Below the pieces are notes generated by a model. The model did no database searches. It had not been told where the DNA came from and saw only the letters and a list, made by a program, of their open reading frames with translations. Position numbers and translations under genes: made by a program. Positions 54,508 to 64,000 of a stretch of 64,000 nt of DNA are shown here, piece by piece; the first letter of the stretch is position 1; each line of letters opens with the position of its first letter. The DNA comes from Halorussus marinus (GTDB lineage: Archaea > Halobacteriota > Halobacteria > Halobacteriales > Haladaptataceae). Location: positions 1 to 64,000 of the forward strand of contig NZ_SBIV01000001.1 in the NCBI RefSeq assembly GCF_004765795.1. The letters are read 5' to 3'.

Positions 54508-54968
54508 TGATCGGAGTCCTCAAATCAATGGCGACGACGCTGAAGCACGCACTGGACGGGTCCACGTTCACGGTCGAGTATCCGGACGTGGCGCCCGAAG
54601 TAAGTCCGCGGTTCCGCGGGGTCCACAAGTTCAGCCAGGAGCGGTGTATCTGGTGTCGCCAGTGCGAGAACGTCTGTCCGAACGACACGATCCAGATCGT
54701 GCAGGACGACCAGCGCAACGGCGAGCAGTACAACCTCCACATCGGACAGTGTATCTACTGTCGGCTGTGCGAGGAGGTCTGTCCGGTGGACGCCATCCTG
54801 CTCACCCAGAACTTCGAGTTCACGGGCGACACCAAAGACGATCTGGTGTACAACAAAGAGCAGTTGAAAAACGTCCCGTGGTACAAGGACATCGACCCGC
54901 TCGAATCCCGCGAGCCCGATCGGGGCGCGTGGATCGGCGAGGGCGAAGGAGAGTTGGACTACCAGTGA
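54507..54968 (+). CDS. nuoI: Complex I-like subunit I (2x4Fe-4S)
   Basis: CIWCRQCENVCP and CIYCRLCEEVCP; TAATG overlap with nuoH. Confidence 0.95.
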   Translation: MIGVLKSMATTLKHALDGSTFTVEYPDVAPEVSPRFRGVHKFSQERCIWCRQCENVCPNDTIQIVQDDQRNGEQYNLHIGQCIYCRLCEEVCPVDAILLTQNFEFTGDTKDDLVYNKEQLKNVPWYKDIDPLESREPDRGAWIGEGEGELDYQ

Positions 54969-54982
54969 CGAGACGCCCATCT

Positions 54983-54996
54983 CGAAACGTTAAAAG
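54983..54996 (+). promoter_or_regulatory. Putative internal promoter (BRE plus TATA) before nuoJ1
   Basis: CGAAACGTTAAAA about 25-35 nt upstream of the nuoJ1 start, in the only gap of the operon. Confidence 0.5.
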
Positions 54997-55026
54997 GGCG
55001 ATTCCGAGAATTTCAAGGTGACTCAA

Positions 55027-55293
55027 ATGGTGTACGAAATGCTCGCGTTCGGACTGTTCGCGCTCGTGACGGTAGCGAGCAGTCTGGGCGTCGTCCTGGT
55101 GCGGGACGTGTGGCACTCGGCGTTACTGCTGGGTGTCGCGCTCCTCTCCGTCGCCGTCCACTACGTGATGCTGGAGGCGGAGTTCCTCGCGGCGATGCAG
55201 GTCCTCGTCTACGTCGGCGGGGTCCTCATCCTCATCACGTTCGCGGTGATGCTGACGCGCCAGGCAACGACCGAGGAGGTGGCAGAGGTATGA
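55027..55293 (+). CDS. nuoJ1: Complex I-like subunit J, N-terminal half
   Basis: HSALLL, AEFLAAMQVLVYVGGVLILITFAVML. Confidence 0.9.
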   Translation: MVYEMLAFGLFALVTVASSLGVVLVRDVWHSALLLGVALLSVAVHYVMLEAEFLAAMQVLVYVGGVLILITFAVMLTRQATTEEVAEV

Positions 55294-55691
55294 CAAACAA
55301 CACTGACGACCGAAGCAGTTTGGTACCGGGGCTGGCGGCCGTCGCGCTGTTCGGCGTGCTCGCCGTCGTGTTCGTCCGGGCGTCGTTCGGCGACGCCGCG
55401 GGCTTCACGGGCGGAGAGGGCGTGGTCGCGAGCATCGGCTACGCGCTGTTGAACATCCAGCACCCCGACGCGATCCCCAGCGAGGGCTTTCTGGTCGCGT
55501 TGCTCCTGATCGCGGTAGTGCTCGACGCCGCGCTCGACGGCGCGGTGCTGCTCGCGCGCCGCGACGAGAACGGCGAGATCACGACCGCCCTGCGGTCGAA
55601 CGCGGCCGACGACGAGGCGACCAGCGAACCCGTCGCCGCCGCTGACGGCGGCGTCGTCGCGTCCGACGACTCCGAGGAGGTGACCGGCTGA
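55290..55691 (+). CDS. nuoJ2: Complex I-like subunit J, C-terminal half
   Basis: SIGYALL, LDAALDGAVLLARR; ATGA overlap. Confidence 0.85.
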   Translation: MTNNTDDRSSLVPGLAAVALFGVLAVVFVRASFGDAAGFTGGEGVVASIGYALLNIQHPDAIPSEGFLVALLLIAVVLDAALDGAVLLARRDENGEITTALRSNAADDEATSEPVAAADGGVVASDDSEEVTG

Positions 55692-55993
55692 TGGTGCCTG
55701 TCCAGTACTACCTCCTGGTGTCGGCCGCCGTGTTCTGTATCGGCGTGTTCGGCATCCTGACCCGCCGGAACGCCCTGGTGTTCCTGATGAGCGTCGAGCT
55801 GATGCTCAACGCGGCGAACATCAACCTCGTGGCGTTCTCGCGGTTCCACGGGAACCTGACGGGACAGATGTTCAGCCTGTTCACGCTCGCGGTCGCGGCG
55901 GCGGAGGTGGCCATCGGCATCGGCATCATCCTCGTGCTGTACCGCAACTTCGCGGACGTGGACGTGACCAACGCGACGACTATGAGGTGGTGA
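55691..55993 (+). CDS. nuoK: Complex I-like subunit K
   Basis: RRNAL..LMSVELMLNAANIN, AAAEVAIG. Confidence 0.95.
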   Translation: MVPVQYYLLVSAAVFCIGVFGILTRRNALVFLMSVELMLNAANINLVAFSRFHGNLTGQMFSLFTLAVAAAEVAIGIGIILVLYRNFADVDVTNATTMRW

Positions 55994-55997
55994 AACG

Positions 55998-58034
55998 ATG
56001 GCAGCACTCTCCTTCGAACTGGCTCCGGTCATCGCGGCCCTGCCGTTCGTCTCGTTTTTGATCGCACTGCTCGCCGGCGCGTTCGCCCCGCGGCTCCTGC
56101 CGAAGGGCGGCGCGATCCCCGGCATCGCCGCCACCGCCGGCTCGCTGTTGCTGTCTGCGTGGGCGGCCCTGGCGGTCTGGAACAGCTCCGAGGGCGTCTA
56201 CCACGAGTCGATAACGTGGGTCGCGGGCGTGGGCGACGCGGCCTTCGACCTGCACTTTGGCATCCTGCTGGACCCCCTCTCGACGATGATGCTCGTCATC
56301 GTCTCGCTGGTCGCCGTGCTGGTCCACGTCTTCAGCCTCGGCTACATGAACGACGAGGGCGAGACCGGCCTGCCGCGGTACTACGCCGGCCTCGGCCTGT
56401 TCACCGCGAGCATGCTCTCGTTCGTGTTCGCGTCGAACCTGCTGATGGCGTTCATGTTCTTCGAGCTGGTCGGGCTCTGCTCGTGGCTCCTGATCGGGTT
56501 CCACTTCCGCGAGCCCGGTCCGCCGAGCGCGGCAAAGAAGGCGTTCCTCGTCACGCGGTTCGGGGACTACTTCTTCCTCGTCGGCGTCGTCGGCGTCTTC
56601 GCGACGTTCGGGACGACGGCGTTCGCGGGCAGCGAGTCGTTCCCGCACCTCGCCGAGCAGGTGCTCGCCGGTGAGGCGAGCGCGACCACGTTCCTCGGCC
56701 TCGACCCCCAGGCGTGGTTCGCCGTTCTCGGATTGCTCGTGCTGGGCGGGGTCGTCGGCAAGTCCGCCCAGTACCCGCTTCACACCTGGCTTCCCGACGC
56801 GATGGAGGGTCCGACTCCGGTCTCGGCGCTGATCCACGCGGCCACGATGGTCGCGGCCGGCGTCTACCTCGTCGCGCGGATGTACGGCTTCTACGCCCTG
56901 CTTCCGCAGGTGCTCGCGTTCATCGCGTTCGTCGGCGGCTTCACCGCGCTGTTTGCCGCCTCGATGGGCGTCGTCAAGAAGGAGCTCAAGCAGGTGCTCG
57001 CGTACTCGACCATCTCCCAGTACGGGTACATGATGCTCGGGCTGGGCGCTGGCGGCTACGTCGCCGCGACCTTCCACCTGATGACCCACGCGTTCTTCAA
57101 GGCGCTGCTGTTCCTCGGCGCCGGCTCGGTCATCATCGCCATGCACCACAACGAGAACATGTGGGACATGGGCGGGCTCAAAGAGAAGATGCCCGTGACC
57201 TACTACGCGTTCCTCTCGGGATCGCTCGCGCTCGCGGGCATCGTGCCGTTCTCGGGCTTCTGGTCGAAAGACGAGGTCCTCTACGAGGCGCTCGTCCACG
57301 GCCTCGACAGCCCGCTGTTGCTCGGCGCGTACGCCATGGGGCTCCTCGCGGTGTTTTTCACCGGGTTCTACACCTTCCGGATGGTCGCGCTGACCTTCCA
57401 CGGTGACCCCCGGACCGACACCGCCCGGGACCCCCACGGCGTCGGCTGGAACGTGAAGCTCCCGCTCGTCGTGCTGGGGACCCTCGCCGCGGTCGCCGGG
57501 CTGGTCAACATGGTGCCGGTCGCCGAACTGACCGGCGCTCATCTGGAGTTCCTCCACGACTGGCTTGACGCCGGTCCGGAGGCGCTGACCGCCCACCACT
57601 ACGGCGACCTGCTTCCCTACTCGTCGGGGACGATCGGGACCGAGCTGACGACCGTGCTCCTCAGCGCGGGCGTCTCGCTCGGACTGGCGCTCGCGGGCGC
57701 CGGCCTCGCGTGGAAGCTCTACGCGGTGGCCGACCCCGACGAGCACACCGACAAGCTCGGGAGCGCCAAGACGGTGCTGTTCAACAACTACTATCAGGAC
57801 GAGTATCAGGTCTGGATCGCGACCGGCCTCACTCTGCCGCTCGCGCGGGCCGCCGACAAGTTCGACCAGGGCGTCATCGACGGCGTGGTCAACGGCGTCT
57901 CCAGCGTGAGCCTGCTGAGCGGGAGCCGGGTCAAGCGGATCCAGAGCGGCGTGGTCACGAACTACGCCTTCCTGCTGACGGCGAGTCTCGTCGTCTTGCT
58001 CGTCGCGATCGGACTCATCGGAGGTTGGTTCTGA
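55998..58034 (+). CDS. nuoL: Complex I-like subunit L
   Basis: GKSAQYPLHTWLPDAMEGPTPVSALIHAATMV, HAFFKALLFL. Confidence 0.95.
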   Translation: MAALSFELAPVIAALPFVSFLIALLAGAFAPRLLPKGGAIPGIAATAGSLLLSAWAALAVWNSSEGVYHESITWVAGVGDAAFDLHFGILLDPLSTMMLVIVSLVAVLVHVFSLGYMNDEGETGLPRYYAGLGLFTASMLSFVFASNLLMAFMFFELVGLCSWLLIGFHFREPGPPSAAKKAFLVTRFGDYFFLVGVVGVFATFGTTAFAGSESFPHLAEQVLAGEASATTFLGLDPQAWFAVLGLLVLGGVVGKSAQYPLHTWLPDAMEGPTPVSALIHAATMVAAGVYLVARMYGFYALLPQVLAFIAFVGGFTALFAASMGVVKKELKQVLAYSTISQYGYMMLGLGAGGYVAATFHLMTHAFFKALLFLGAGSVIIAMHHNENMWDMGGLKEKMPVTYYAFLSGSLALAGIVPFSGFWSKDEVLYEALVHGLDSPLLLGAYAMGLLAVFFTGFYTFRMVALTFHGDPRTDTARDPHGVGWNVKLPLVVLGTLAAVAGLVNMVPVAELTGAHLEFLHDWLDAGPEALTAHHYGDLLPYSSGTIGTELTTVLLSAGVSLGLALAGAGLAWKLYAVADPDEHTDKLGSAKTVLFNNYYQDEYQVWIATGLTLPLARAADKFDQGVIDGVVNGVSSVSLLSGSRVKRIQSGVVTNYAFLLTASLVVLLVAIGLIGGWF

Positions 58035-59564
58035 ATGTGGATCGAAGCACTCATCGCGGTGACGCTGGCCAGCGCGGGCGCGGTCTTCCTCTCGCCCAAC
58101 AAGGTCGCGGGGAAGATCGCGTTCGTGCTCAGCCTGCTCCCGGTCGGCGGGAGCCTCTGGATGTACAGCACGTACGAGGCCAGCGGGAACGCGCTCCTTG
58201 AAGGGAGCACCCTGGCCTTCGAGACGAACGCCGATTGGATCGTCGCCGGCCCGTACAGCCTGAACTGGCACGTCGGGCTCGACGGCATCAGCATGCCGCT
58301 GATCGCGCTCACCACGGTGCTCACGTCGCTGGCGCTGCTGGCGTCGTGGACGCCGATCGACGAGCGCCAGAGCCAGTTCTACGGCCTGATGCTGTTCCTG
58401 GAAGCGAGCCTGCTCGGCGTCTTCTCGGCGCTCGACTTTTTCGTCTGGTTCGTCTTCTGGGAGATGGTGCTCGTCCCGATGTACGTCCTCATCGGCGTCT
58501 GGGGCGGCCCCCGTCGGAAGTACGCGGCCATCAAGATGTTCGTGTACACGAACATCGCGAGCCTCGCGCTGTTCATCGGCTTCACGGCGCTGGTGTTCGG
58601 CTTGGGCGATGCGGTCAACACCTTCGACATGGCCGCGGTCGCACAAGCGCTCCGGGCCGGCGAGCTCGGTGCGCTCGGTCCGATCGGCGCCGGGACCCTG
58701 AAGCTGGTGGCGTTTGTCGCCATGTTCGTCGGCTTCGCGGTCAAGGTGCCGGTCGTCCCGTTCCATACGTGGCTCCCGGACGCCCACGTCGAAGCCCCGA
58801 CCCCGGTTTCGATCATGCTGGCCGGCGTCCTGCTGAAGATGGGCACCTACGCGTTGCTCCGGTTCAACTTCACGATGCTGCCGGACATCGCCCAGCAGAA
58901 CGCTCAGCTCATCGCGCTGTTCGCGGTGATCAGCGTGATCTACGGCGCGATGCTCGCGCTGGCCCAGACCGACCTCAAGCGCATCGTGGCGTACTCTTCG
59001 GTCTCCTCGATGGGGTACGTCATCCTCGGACTGGTCGCCTACACCGTCTACGGGATGGGCGGTGCGACCTTCCAGATGGTCGCACACGGCCTCATCTCGG
59101 GGCTGATGTTCATGGCGGTCGGCGTCATCTACAACACGACTCACACCCGGATGGTCTCGGACATGTCCGGGCTCGCGAGCAAGATGCCCATCACCGTCGC
59201 GGTGTTCGTCGCGGGCGCGTTCGGTTACATGGGCCTGCCGCTGATGGCCGGGTTCGCGGCCGAACTGTTCATCTTCCTCGGCGCGTTCGGCGCGTTCGAG
59301 GGGTCGGTACTGTTCACCGCGGCCGCGATGTTCGGCATCGTCATCGTCGCGGGCTACCTGCTGTTGGCGATGCAGCGCACCCTGTTCGGACCGTTCGAGA
59401 TCGAGACCGACTACGAGGTCAGCCCGGCGGCGTTCCACGACGTGGCGCCGCTCGTGGTGCTCATCCTGCTAGTTGTCTTGCTCGGCGTCGATCCGAACAT
59501 CTTCTTCGAGATGATCCAGAACGCGGTCGATCCGCTCGCCCCGGCCGCGGGAGGTGGTGTATAG
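58035..59564 (+). CDS. nuoM: Complex I-like subunit M
   Basis: PFHTWLPDAHVEAPT, LLKMGTY, DLKRIVAYSS. Confidence 0.95.
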   Translation: MWIEALIAVTLASAGAVFLSPNKVAGKIAFVLSLLPVGGSLWMYSTYEASGNALLEGSTLAFETNADWIVAGPYSLNWHVGLDGISMPLIALTTVLTSLALLASWTPIDERQSQFYGLMLFLEASLLGVFSALDFFVWFVFWEMVLVPMYVLIGVWGGPRRKYAAIKMFVYTNIASLALFIGFTALVFGLGDAVNTFDMAAVAQALRAGELGALGPIGAGTLKLVAFVAMFVGFAVKVPVVPFHTWLPDAHVEAPTPVSIMLAGVLLKMGTYALLRFNFTMLPDIAQQNAQLIALFAVISVIYGAMLALAQTDLKRIVAYSSVSSMGYVILGLVAYTVYGMGGATFQMVAHGLISGLMFMAVGVIYNTTHTRMVSDMSGLASKMPITVAVFVAGAFGYMGLPLMAGFAAELFIFLGAFGAFEGSVLFTAAAMFGIVIVAGYLLLAMQRTLFGPFEIETDYEVSPAAFHDVAPLVVLILLVVLLGVDPNIFFEMIQNAVDPLAPAAGGGV

Positions 59565-61058
59565 ATGGTGTACCAGCTCCCGCCGTGGGCGGCGCTCGCA
59601 CCGACGCTACTGTTCGTGGCGGTGGCGCTCGTGCTGTTCGTGATCGACAGCATCAACCCCGACACCGAGAACCGCCTCCTGCTCGCGGCCACCGCGACCG
59701 CCGGGTCGCTGGCGGCCGCCGGCGTCTCGGTGTGGTACCTGCTCGCCGGCACGGGCGAGGCACCGATCCGGCTGTTCCAGAACACGCTCGTCGTCGACAC
59801 GATGAGCCTGTTCTTCGCGTTCGTGTTCGCCAGCGTCACCGCGCTCGTGGTCGTGGCGAGCTACGACTACATGCGCGATCACTCCTATCAGGCCGAGTAC
59901 TACGCGCTCGTCGCGCTGGCCGCCTCGGGGATGACCCTGATGCCCGCCGCCAACAGCCTCGCGGTGGTGTTCATCAGCCTCGAACTCTCCAGCCTGCCGT
60001 CCTACGCGCTCGTCGCGATCCTCAAGCGTAACCGCGGGAGCGTCGAGGCGGGGCTGAAGTACTTCCTGATCGGCGCGCTGTCGTCGTCGATCCTGGCGTA
60101 CGGCATCAGCCTCGTCTACGCGGTCAGCGGTTCGCTGTTGCTCCCGCAGGTCGCCGAGGCCGCGAGCGTCGAGGGGCTGACCGGCGTGCTCGGCATCGGC
60201 GTGTTGATGGTGCTTGGCGGGTTCGCGTTCAAGACCGCGAGCGTCCCGTTCCACTTCTGGGCGCCCGAGGCCTACGAGGGCGCGCCCGCGCCCGTCTCGG
60301 CGTTCCTCTCCTCGGCGTCGAAGGCCGCCGGCTTCGCGGTCGCGTTCCGCGTGTTCACGGTGGCGTTCCCCGTCGAGACGTACGTCCAGACCGCGGCCGC
60401 GAGCATCGACTGGGTGCTGGCGGTCCAGATTCTGGCGGTCGTCACCATGACGCTTGGCAACTTCGCCGCCGCGACCCAGGACACGGTAAAGCGGATGCTC
60501 GCGTACTCGTCGGTCGGCCACGCCGGCTACGCCCTCATCGGGCTGGCCGCGCTGACCGGCGGTAACGACCAGTTCGTGCTGGGTGCGAGCATGGCCCACC
60601 TGCTGGTCTACGGCTTCATGAACACCGGCGCGTTCCTGTTCATCGCGCTGGCGGAGTACTGGTCGGTCGGTCGCACGTTCGAGGACTACAACGGTCTCGC
60701 CACCCGGGCGCCGTTCGCGTGCGCCGCGATGACCGTGTTCATGTTCAGCCTCGCCGGCCTCCCGCCGTTCGGCGGGTTCGCGAGCAAGTACCTGCTGTTC
60801 GCCGGCGCGGTCGGCGCGGGCTTCTGGTGGCTCGCGGCGGTCGGCGCGATCAACAGCGCGCTGTCGCTGTACTACTACTCGCGGGTCGTCAAGGCGATGT
60901 GGATCGAGGAGCCGTCCTCGGAGTTCGCCATCGAGTCGAAGCCGGTCGGACTCTACGCCGCCATCGCGGCGGCCGCGGTCGCGACCGTCCTGCTCCTGCC
61001 GGGCTTCGCCCCGGTCTGGGAGTACGCCCAGAGCGCCGCCGCGGCGCTCGTGGCGTGA
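59565..61058 (+). CDS. nuoN: Complex I-like subunit N
   Basis: EAGLKYFLIGALSS, PFHFWAPEAYEGAP, KRMLAYSS, SLAGLPP. Confidence 0.95.
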   Translation: MVYQLPPWAALAPTLLFVAVALVLFVIDSINPDTENRLLLAATATAGSLAAAGVSVWYLLAGTGEAPIRLFQNTLVVDTMSLFFAFVFASVTALVVVASYDYMRDHSYQAEYYALVALAASGMTLMPAANSLAVVFISLELSSLPSYALVAILKRNRGSVEAGLKYFLIGALSSSILAYGISLVYAVSGSLLLPQVAEAASVEGLTGVLGIGVLMVLGGFAFKTASVPFHFWAPEAYEGAPAPVSAFLSSASKAAGFAVAFRVFTVAFPVETYVQTAAASIDWVLAVQILAVVTMTLGNFAAATQDTVKRMLAYSSVGHAGYALIGLAALTGGNDQFVLGASMAHLLVYGFMNTGAFLFIALAEYWSVGRTFEDYNGLATRAPFACAAMTVFMFSLAGLPPFGGFASKYLLFAGAVGAGFWWLAAVGAINSALSLYYYSRVVKAMWIEEPSSEFAIESKPVGLYAAIAAAAVATVLLLPGFAPVWEYAQSAAAALVA

Positions 61059-61195
61059 CGACGACCGCCGCGTAACACGCGATCCGGTCGGTCTTTCCAT
61101 TTTCTCGTTCGTCGAGGCGGAGTCCCCGATTCGGTCGGGCGCCGGATACCGTTAGACGGAAAACACTTACCGCGGCCGCCGGTAGGTTCGGCGGC

Positions 61196-61369
61196 ATGGT
61201 ACACTGCCCGGAATGCGACGGAGAGATAGCGGAGGAATCGGACGTCGAATTTCTCGACCTCGACGCGAAGATGGCCGGCCTCTTCCGGTCGTCCAAGCGC
61301 TTCTACGTCGTCGCGTGCAACGACTGTGGCGCCGCGATCGGTAGCGGCGTCGCCGGCGGCGGCGGGTAG
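61196..61369 (+). CDS. 57-aa CPxC Zn-finger microprotein (not in the ORF track)
   Basis: MVHCPECDGEIAEESDVEFLDLDAKMAGLFRSSKRFYVVACNDCGAAIGSGVAGGGG*. Confidence 0.75.
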   Translation: MVHCPECDGEIAEESDVEFLDLDAKMAGLFRSSKRFYVVACNDCGAAIGSGVAGGGG

Positions 61370-61466
61370 TCCTGACAACGGGCCCGACCGCGAGTCACAC
61401 GGCCGGCGGGCGGGTCGTCGCGTAGACGGTAGACTTTAGGCCGAGCAAGCGAAATCGCGGGCTACA

Positions 61467-62954
61467 ATGGTCTCCCGGCTCGTCCTGGGCTGTGGCACCG
61501 TCGGCCAGACCCTCGTCGACGCGTTAGCCGGCATGTCGGGCGAGCTGTTGGTCGTCGACGACAGCGAGAACAGGGTCGAGACCCTCCGCGACGACAAGGT
61601 GTCTGCGAACTGCGAGGACCCCACCGACTCGGCGGCGGTCCTCGAGGCGGTCGACGCCCCCGAGATGGTGGTGATCGCCGACGAGGATCCGGTCGCCAAC
61701 CGCGAGGCCGCCTCGCTCGCGGCCAACTACTTCCCCGACGCCTACCTCGTGGTGTACGTCGGCCGGGACGCCGCCGAGCGCGACCGAGCGGCGATGGCGG
61801 CGGTCGCGGATCGGCTCGTCGATCCGACCGACGCGCTGGCAGCGCGGGTGCTGTCGGTGTCGCTGGGCGAGAGCGCCGACCGCACCGCGAACCTCCAGCG
61901 GACCCTCCGGGGCATCGACGGGACGCTCGGAGTGTTCATGCACGACAACCCCGACCCGGACGCCATCGCCAGCGCGGTCGCGCTCGGGCGGATCGCGGCG
62001 GCGCTCGGCGTCGACGCGGAGCTCTGTTATTTCGGAGAGATCTCCCACCAGGAGAACCGGGCGTTCGTCAATCTCCTCGAGATCGACCTCCGGCACCTCG
62101 ACCCCGAGGACTTCGACCGCTCGGAGTTCGGGGGGATCGCGCTGGTCGACCACTCCAGACCGGGGGTCAACGATCAGCTTCCGGCCGACACCCCCGTCGA
62201 CATCGTCGTCGACCACCACCCGCCGAAAGAGCCGGTCGAGGCGACGTTCGTCGACCTGCGGCGCAACGTGGGCGCGACCTCGACCCTGCTCGCCGAGCAC
62301 GTCCAGCGGTTGGGGATCGAACTCACCGAGGACGTCGCGACGGGACTGCTGTACGGTATCCGAGTCGACACCAAGGACTTCGCCCGCGAGGTCTCGATCG
62401 CGGACTTCGAGGCCGCCTCCTTCCTGTTGCCCCACGCCGACACCGGCGTCCTCGACCGCGTCGAGAGCCCCTCGGTCAGCGCCGACACCTTCGAGACGAT
62501 CGCCCGAGCCATTCGAAATCGACGCATCGAGGGCACCGTGCTCGCGAGTTGCGTCGGGTCGCTCTCCGATCGGGACGCGCTGGCCCAAGCCGCCGACCGA
62601 CTGCTCGACATGGAACAGGTGACGACCACCCTCGTCTACGGCTTTATGGACGGGACGGTGTTCGTCTCCGCGCGCTCGCGGGGGACCGACATCGATCTCG
62701 GCGAGACGGTGCGGGCGGCGTTCGGCCAGATCGGGAGCGCCGGTGGTCACGCCGACATGGCGGGCGCCCAGATCCCGCTGGGACTGCTCGGGGAAGTCGA
62801 AGACGAAGAAGAGTCGTCGCTGACCGAGGTGGTCAGCGAGGTGATCACCGACCGCTTTTTCGAGACGGTGCGTTCGATCCCCGAAGATGACGGGGAGTAC
62901 GCCCGCGAGGGCGAGATGCGGTTCGACACCCCGGTCGCCGAACCCGAGGACTGA
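61467..62954 (+). CDS. DHH-family phosphoesterase with N-terminal TrkA-N/RCK-like domain
   Basis: VLGCGTVG, HDNPDPDAIAS, VDHS, VVDHH, SAGGHADMAG. Confidence 0.88.
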   Translation: MVSRLVLGCGTVGQTLVDALAGMSGELLVVDDSENRVETLRDDKVSANCEDPTDSAAVLEAVDAPEMVVIADEDPVANREAASLAANYFPDAYLVVYVGRDAAERDRAAMAAVADRLVDPTDALAARVLSVSLGESADRTANLQRTLRGIDGTLGVFMHDNPDPDAIASAVALGRIAAALGVDAELCYFGEISHQENRAFVNLLEIDLRHLDPEDFDRSEFGGIALVDHSRPGVNDQLPADTPVDIVVDHHPPKEPVEATFVDLRRNVGATSTLLAEHVQRLGIELTEDVATGLLYGIRVDTKDFAREVSIADFEAASFLLPHADTGVLDRVESPSVSADTFETIARAIRNRRIEGTVLASCVGSLSDRDALAQAADRLLDMEQVTTTLVYGFMDGTVFVSARSRGTDIDLGETVRAAFGQIGSAGGHADMAGAQIPLGLLGEVEDEEESSLTEVVSEVITDRFFETVRSIPEDDGEYAREGEMRFDTPVAEPED

Positions 62955-62975
62955 GCCGGCCCGGCGCCCGAGCGA

Positions 62976-63998
62976 TCAGTCGCCGACCTTCGTCTGGATG
63001 TCCTCGACGACGTCGGGGTTGCGTAGCGTCGAGGTGTTGCCGAGTTCCTCGCCGTTCGCGATGTCTTCGAGCAGTCGGCGCATGATCTTGCCCGATCGAG
63101 TCTTCGGCAGTTCGGGCGTGAACACGACCTGTTCGGGGCGGGCGATCGGACCGATCGCGTCCTCGACGCCCTCGACGATCCGCGAGCGCATCTCCTCGTC
63201 GCCCTCGTAGCCGTCCTCGGTGATCACGTACGCGTAGACGGCCTCGCCTTTGATCTCGTGGTCGCCCCCGACGACCGCGGCCTCGGCGACGCCCTCGACG
63301 CCGACGATCGCCGACTCGATCTCCATCGTCCCCAGCCGGTGGCCCGAGACGTTGAGCACGTCGTCGACCCGGCCCAGTACCGTGATGTAGCCGTCGTCGT
63401 CGATCTTCGCGCCGTCCTCCGGGAAGTACACCCAGTCGTCGGGGTCCTCGGAGTCGGTGTCCGAGTACTCCGCCCAGTACTCGTCGACGTAGCGCTCGTC
63501 GTTGTCGTAGAGGGTGCGGAGCATGCCGGGCCAGGGCTTGTTGACGGTGAGATAACCCGCGCGGCCCGCCTCGACCTCCTCGCCCTCGGTGTCGACGATC
63601 CGGACGTCGACGCCCGGGAGCGGCGGGCCCGCGCTTCCGGGCTTCATCGTTTTGACGCCGGGCAGCGTGGTCACCATCATGCCGCCGGTCTCGGTCTGCC
63701 ACCATGTATCGACGATGGGACACGACTCGTCGCCGATGTGCTTGTAGTACCACTTCCACGCCCGCGGGTTGATGGGTTCGCCCACCGTCCCGAGCAAGCG
63801 CAACGACGAGAGATCGTGGTCGTCGGGGTACTCGGTGCCCCACTTCATGAACGCCCGGATGGCGGTGGGCGCGGTGTACAGCTGGGTCGCCTCGTACTCC
63901 TCGACGATCTCCCAGAGGCGGTCGCGCTCGGGGTAGTCCGGGGTGCCCTCGTACATCATCGTCGTCGTCCCCAGCGCGAGCGGGCCGTAGACGATGTA
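62976..63998 (-). CDS. acs: Acetyl-CoA synthetase, 5'-partial
   Basis: YTAPTAIR, VGEPINP, DTWWQTETGG, GRVDDVLNVSGHRLG, LPKTRSGKIMRR. Confidence 0.95.
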   Translation of the reverse strand, partial: YIVYGPLALGTTTMMYEGTPDYPERDRLWEIVEEYEATQLYTAPTAIRAFMKWGTEYPDDHDLSSLRLLGTVGEPINPRAWKWYYKHIGDESCPIVDTWWQTETGGMMVTTLPGVKTMKPGSAGPPLPGVDVRIVDTEGEEVEAGRAGYLTVNKPWPGMLRTLYDNDERYVDEYWAEYSDTDSEDPDDWVYFPEDGAKIDDDGYITVLGRVDDVLNVSGHRLGTMEIESAIVGVEGVAEAAVVGGDHEIKGEAVYAYVITEDGYEGDEEMRSRIVEGVEDAIGPIARPEQVVFTPELPKTRSGKIMRRLLEDIANGEELGNTSTLRNPDVVEDIQTKVGD

Positions 63999-64000
63999 CG

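Noticed and set aside
55980..61100. 1152-aa and 497-aa minus-strand ORFs
   Set aside because: Antisense shadows of nuoL, nuoM and nuoN

Overview
High-GC haloarchaeal (class Halobacteria) chromosomal DNA, judged from acidic proteins, TATA/BRE promoters and archaeal tRNAs. Bases 1-7880 are the right-hand part of an integrated virus- or plasmid-like element. It carries an MCM helicase (cut by the window edge), Orc1/Cdc6 followed by iteron-like TTCCGATAAT repeats, a phiH1-repressor-like wHTH gene, several Zn-finger genes (one a modular protein punctuated by TDGG motifs), a J-domain gene and an SNJ2-type tyrosine integrase. It ends at a 13-bp att-like copy of a tRNA-Ala 3' end. The rest is host backbone: three HalOD1 genes; a type IV pilus locus (long PilB, PilC, five pilin-like genes and a convergent 500-aa pilin/adhesin); PfpI; tRNA-iMet; a DUF2298/YYY membrane protein; a Bat-like PAS/GAF regulator; tRNA-Gly(TCC) with a Trm9-like methyltransferase and a second pilBC pair; a phosphohexomutase; a nucleoside ABC transporter with duplicated BMP genes plus cdd and udp; a sugar porter; aspC-ribH; an Agl23-like GT-C protein; purKE; the nuoA-N cluster without nuoEFG; a DHH protein; and a partial acs. 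The most intriguing signals are: (i) both tRNAs are followed by related ~120-135 bp cassettes holding a direct copy and an inverted copy of their own tRNA 3' end; (ii) the TDGG-delimited cassette protein; (iii) a structured leader with mutually exclusive hairpins in the element; (iv) a LecB-like DxDYNDAVV loop in the large pilin. All family assignments come from motif recognition by eye; no searches were run.
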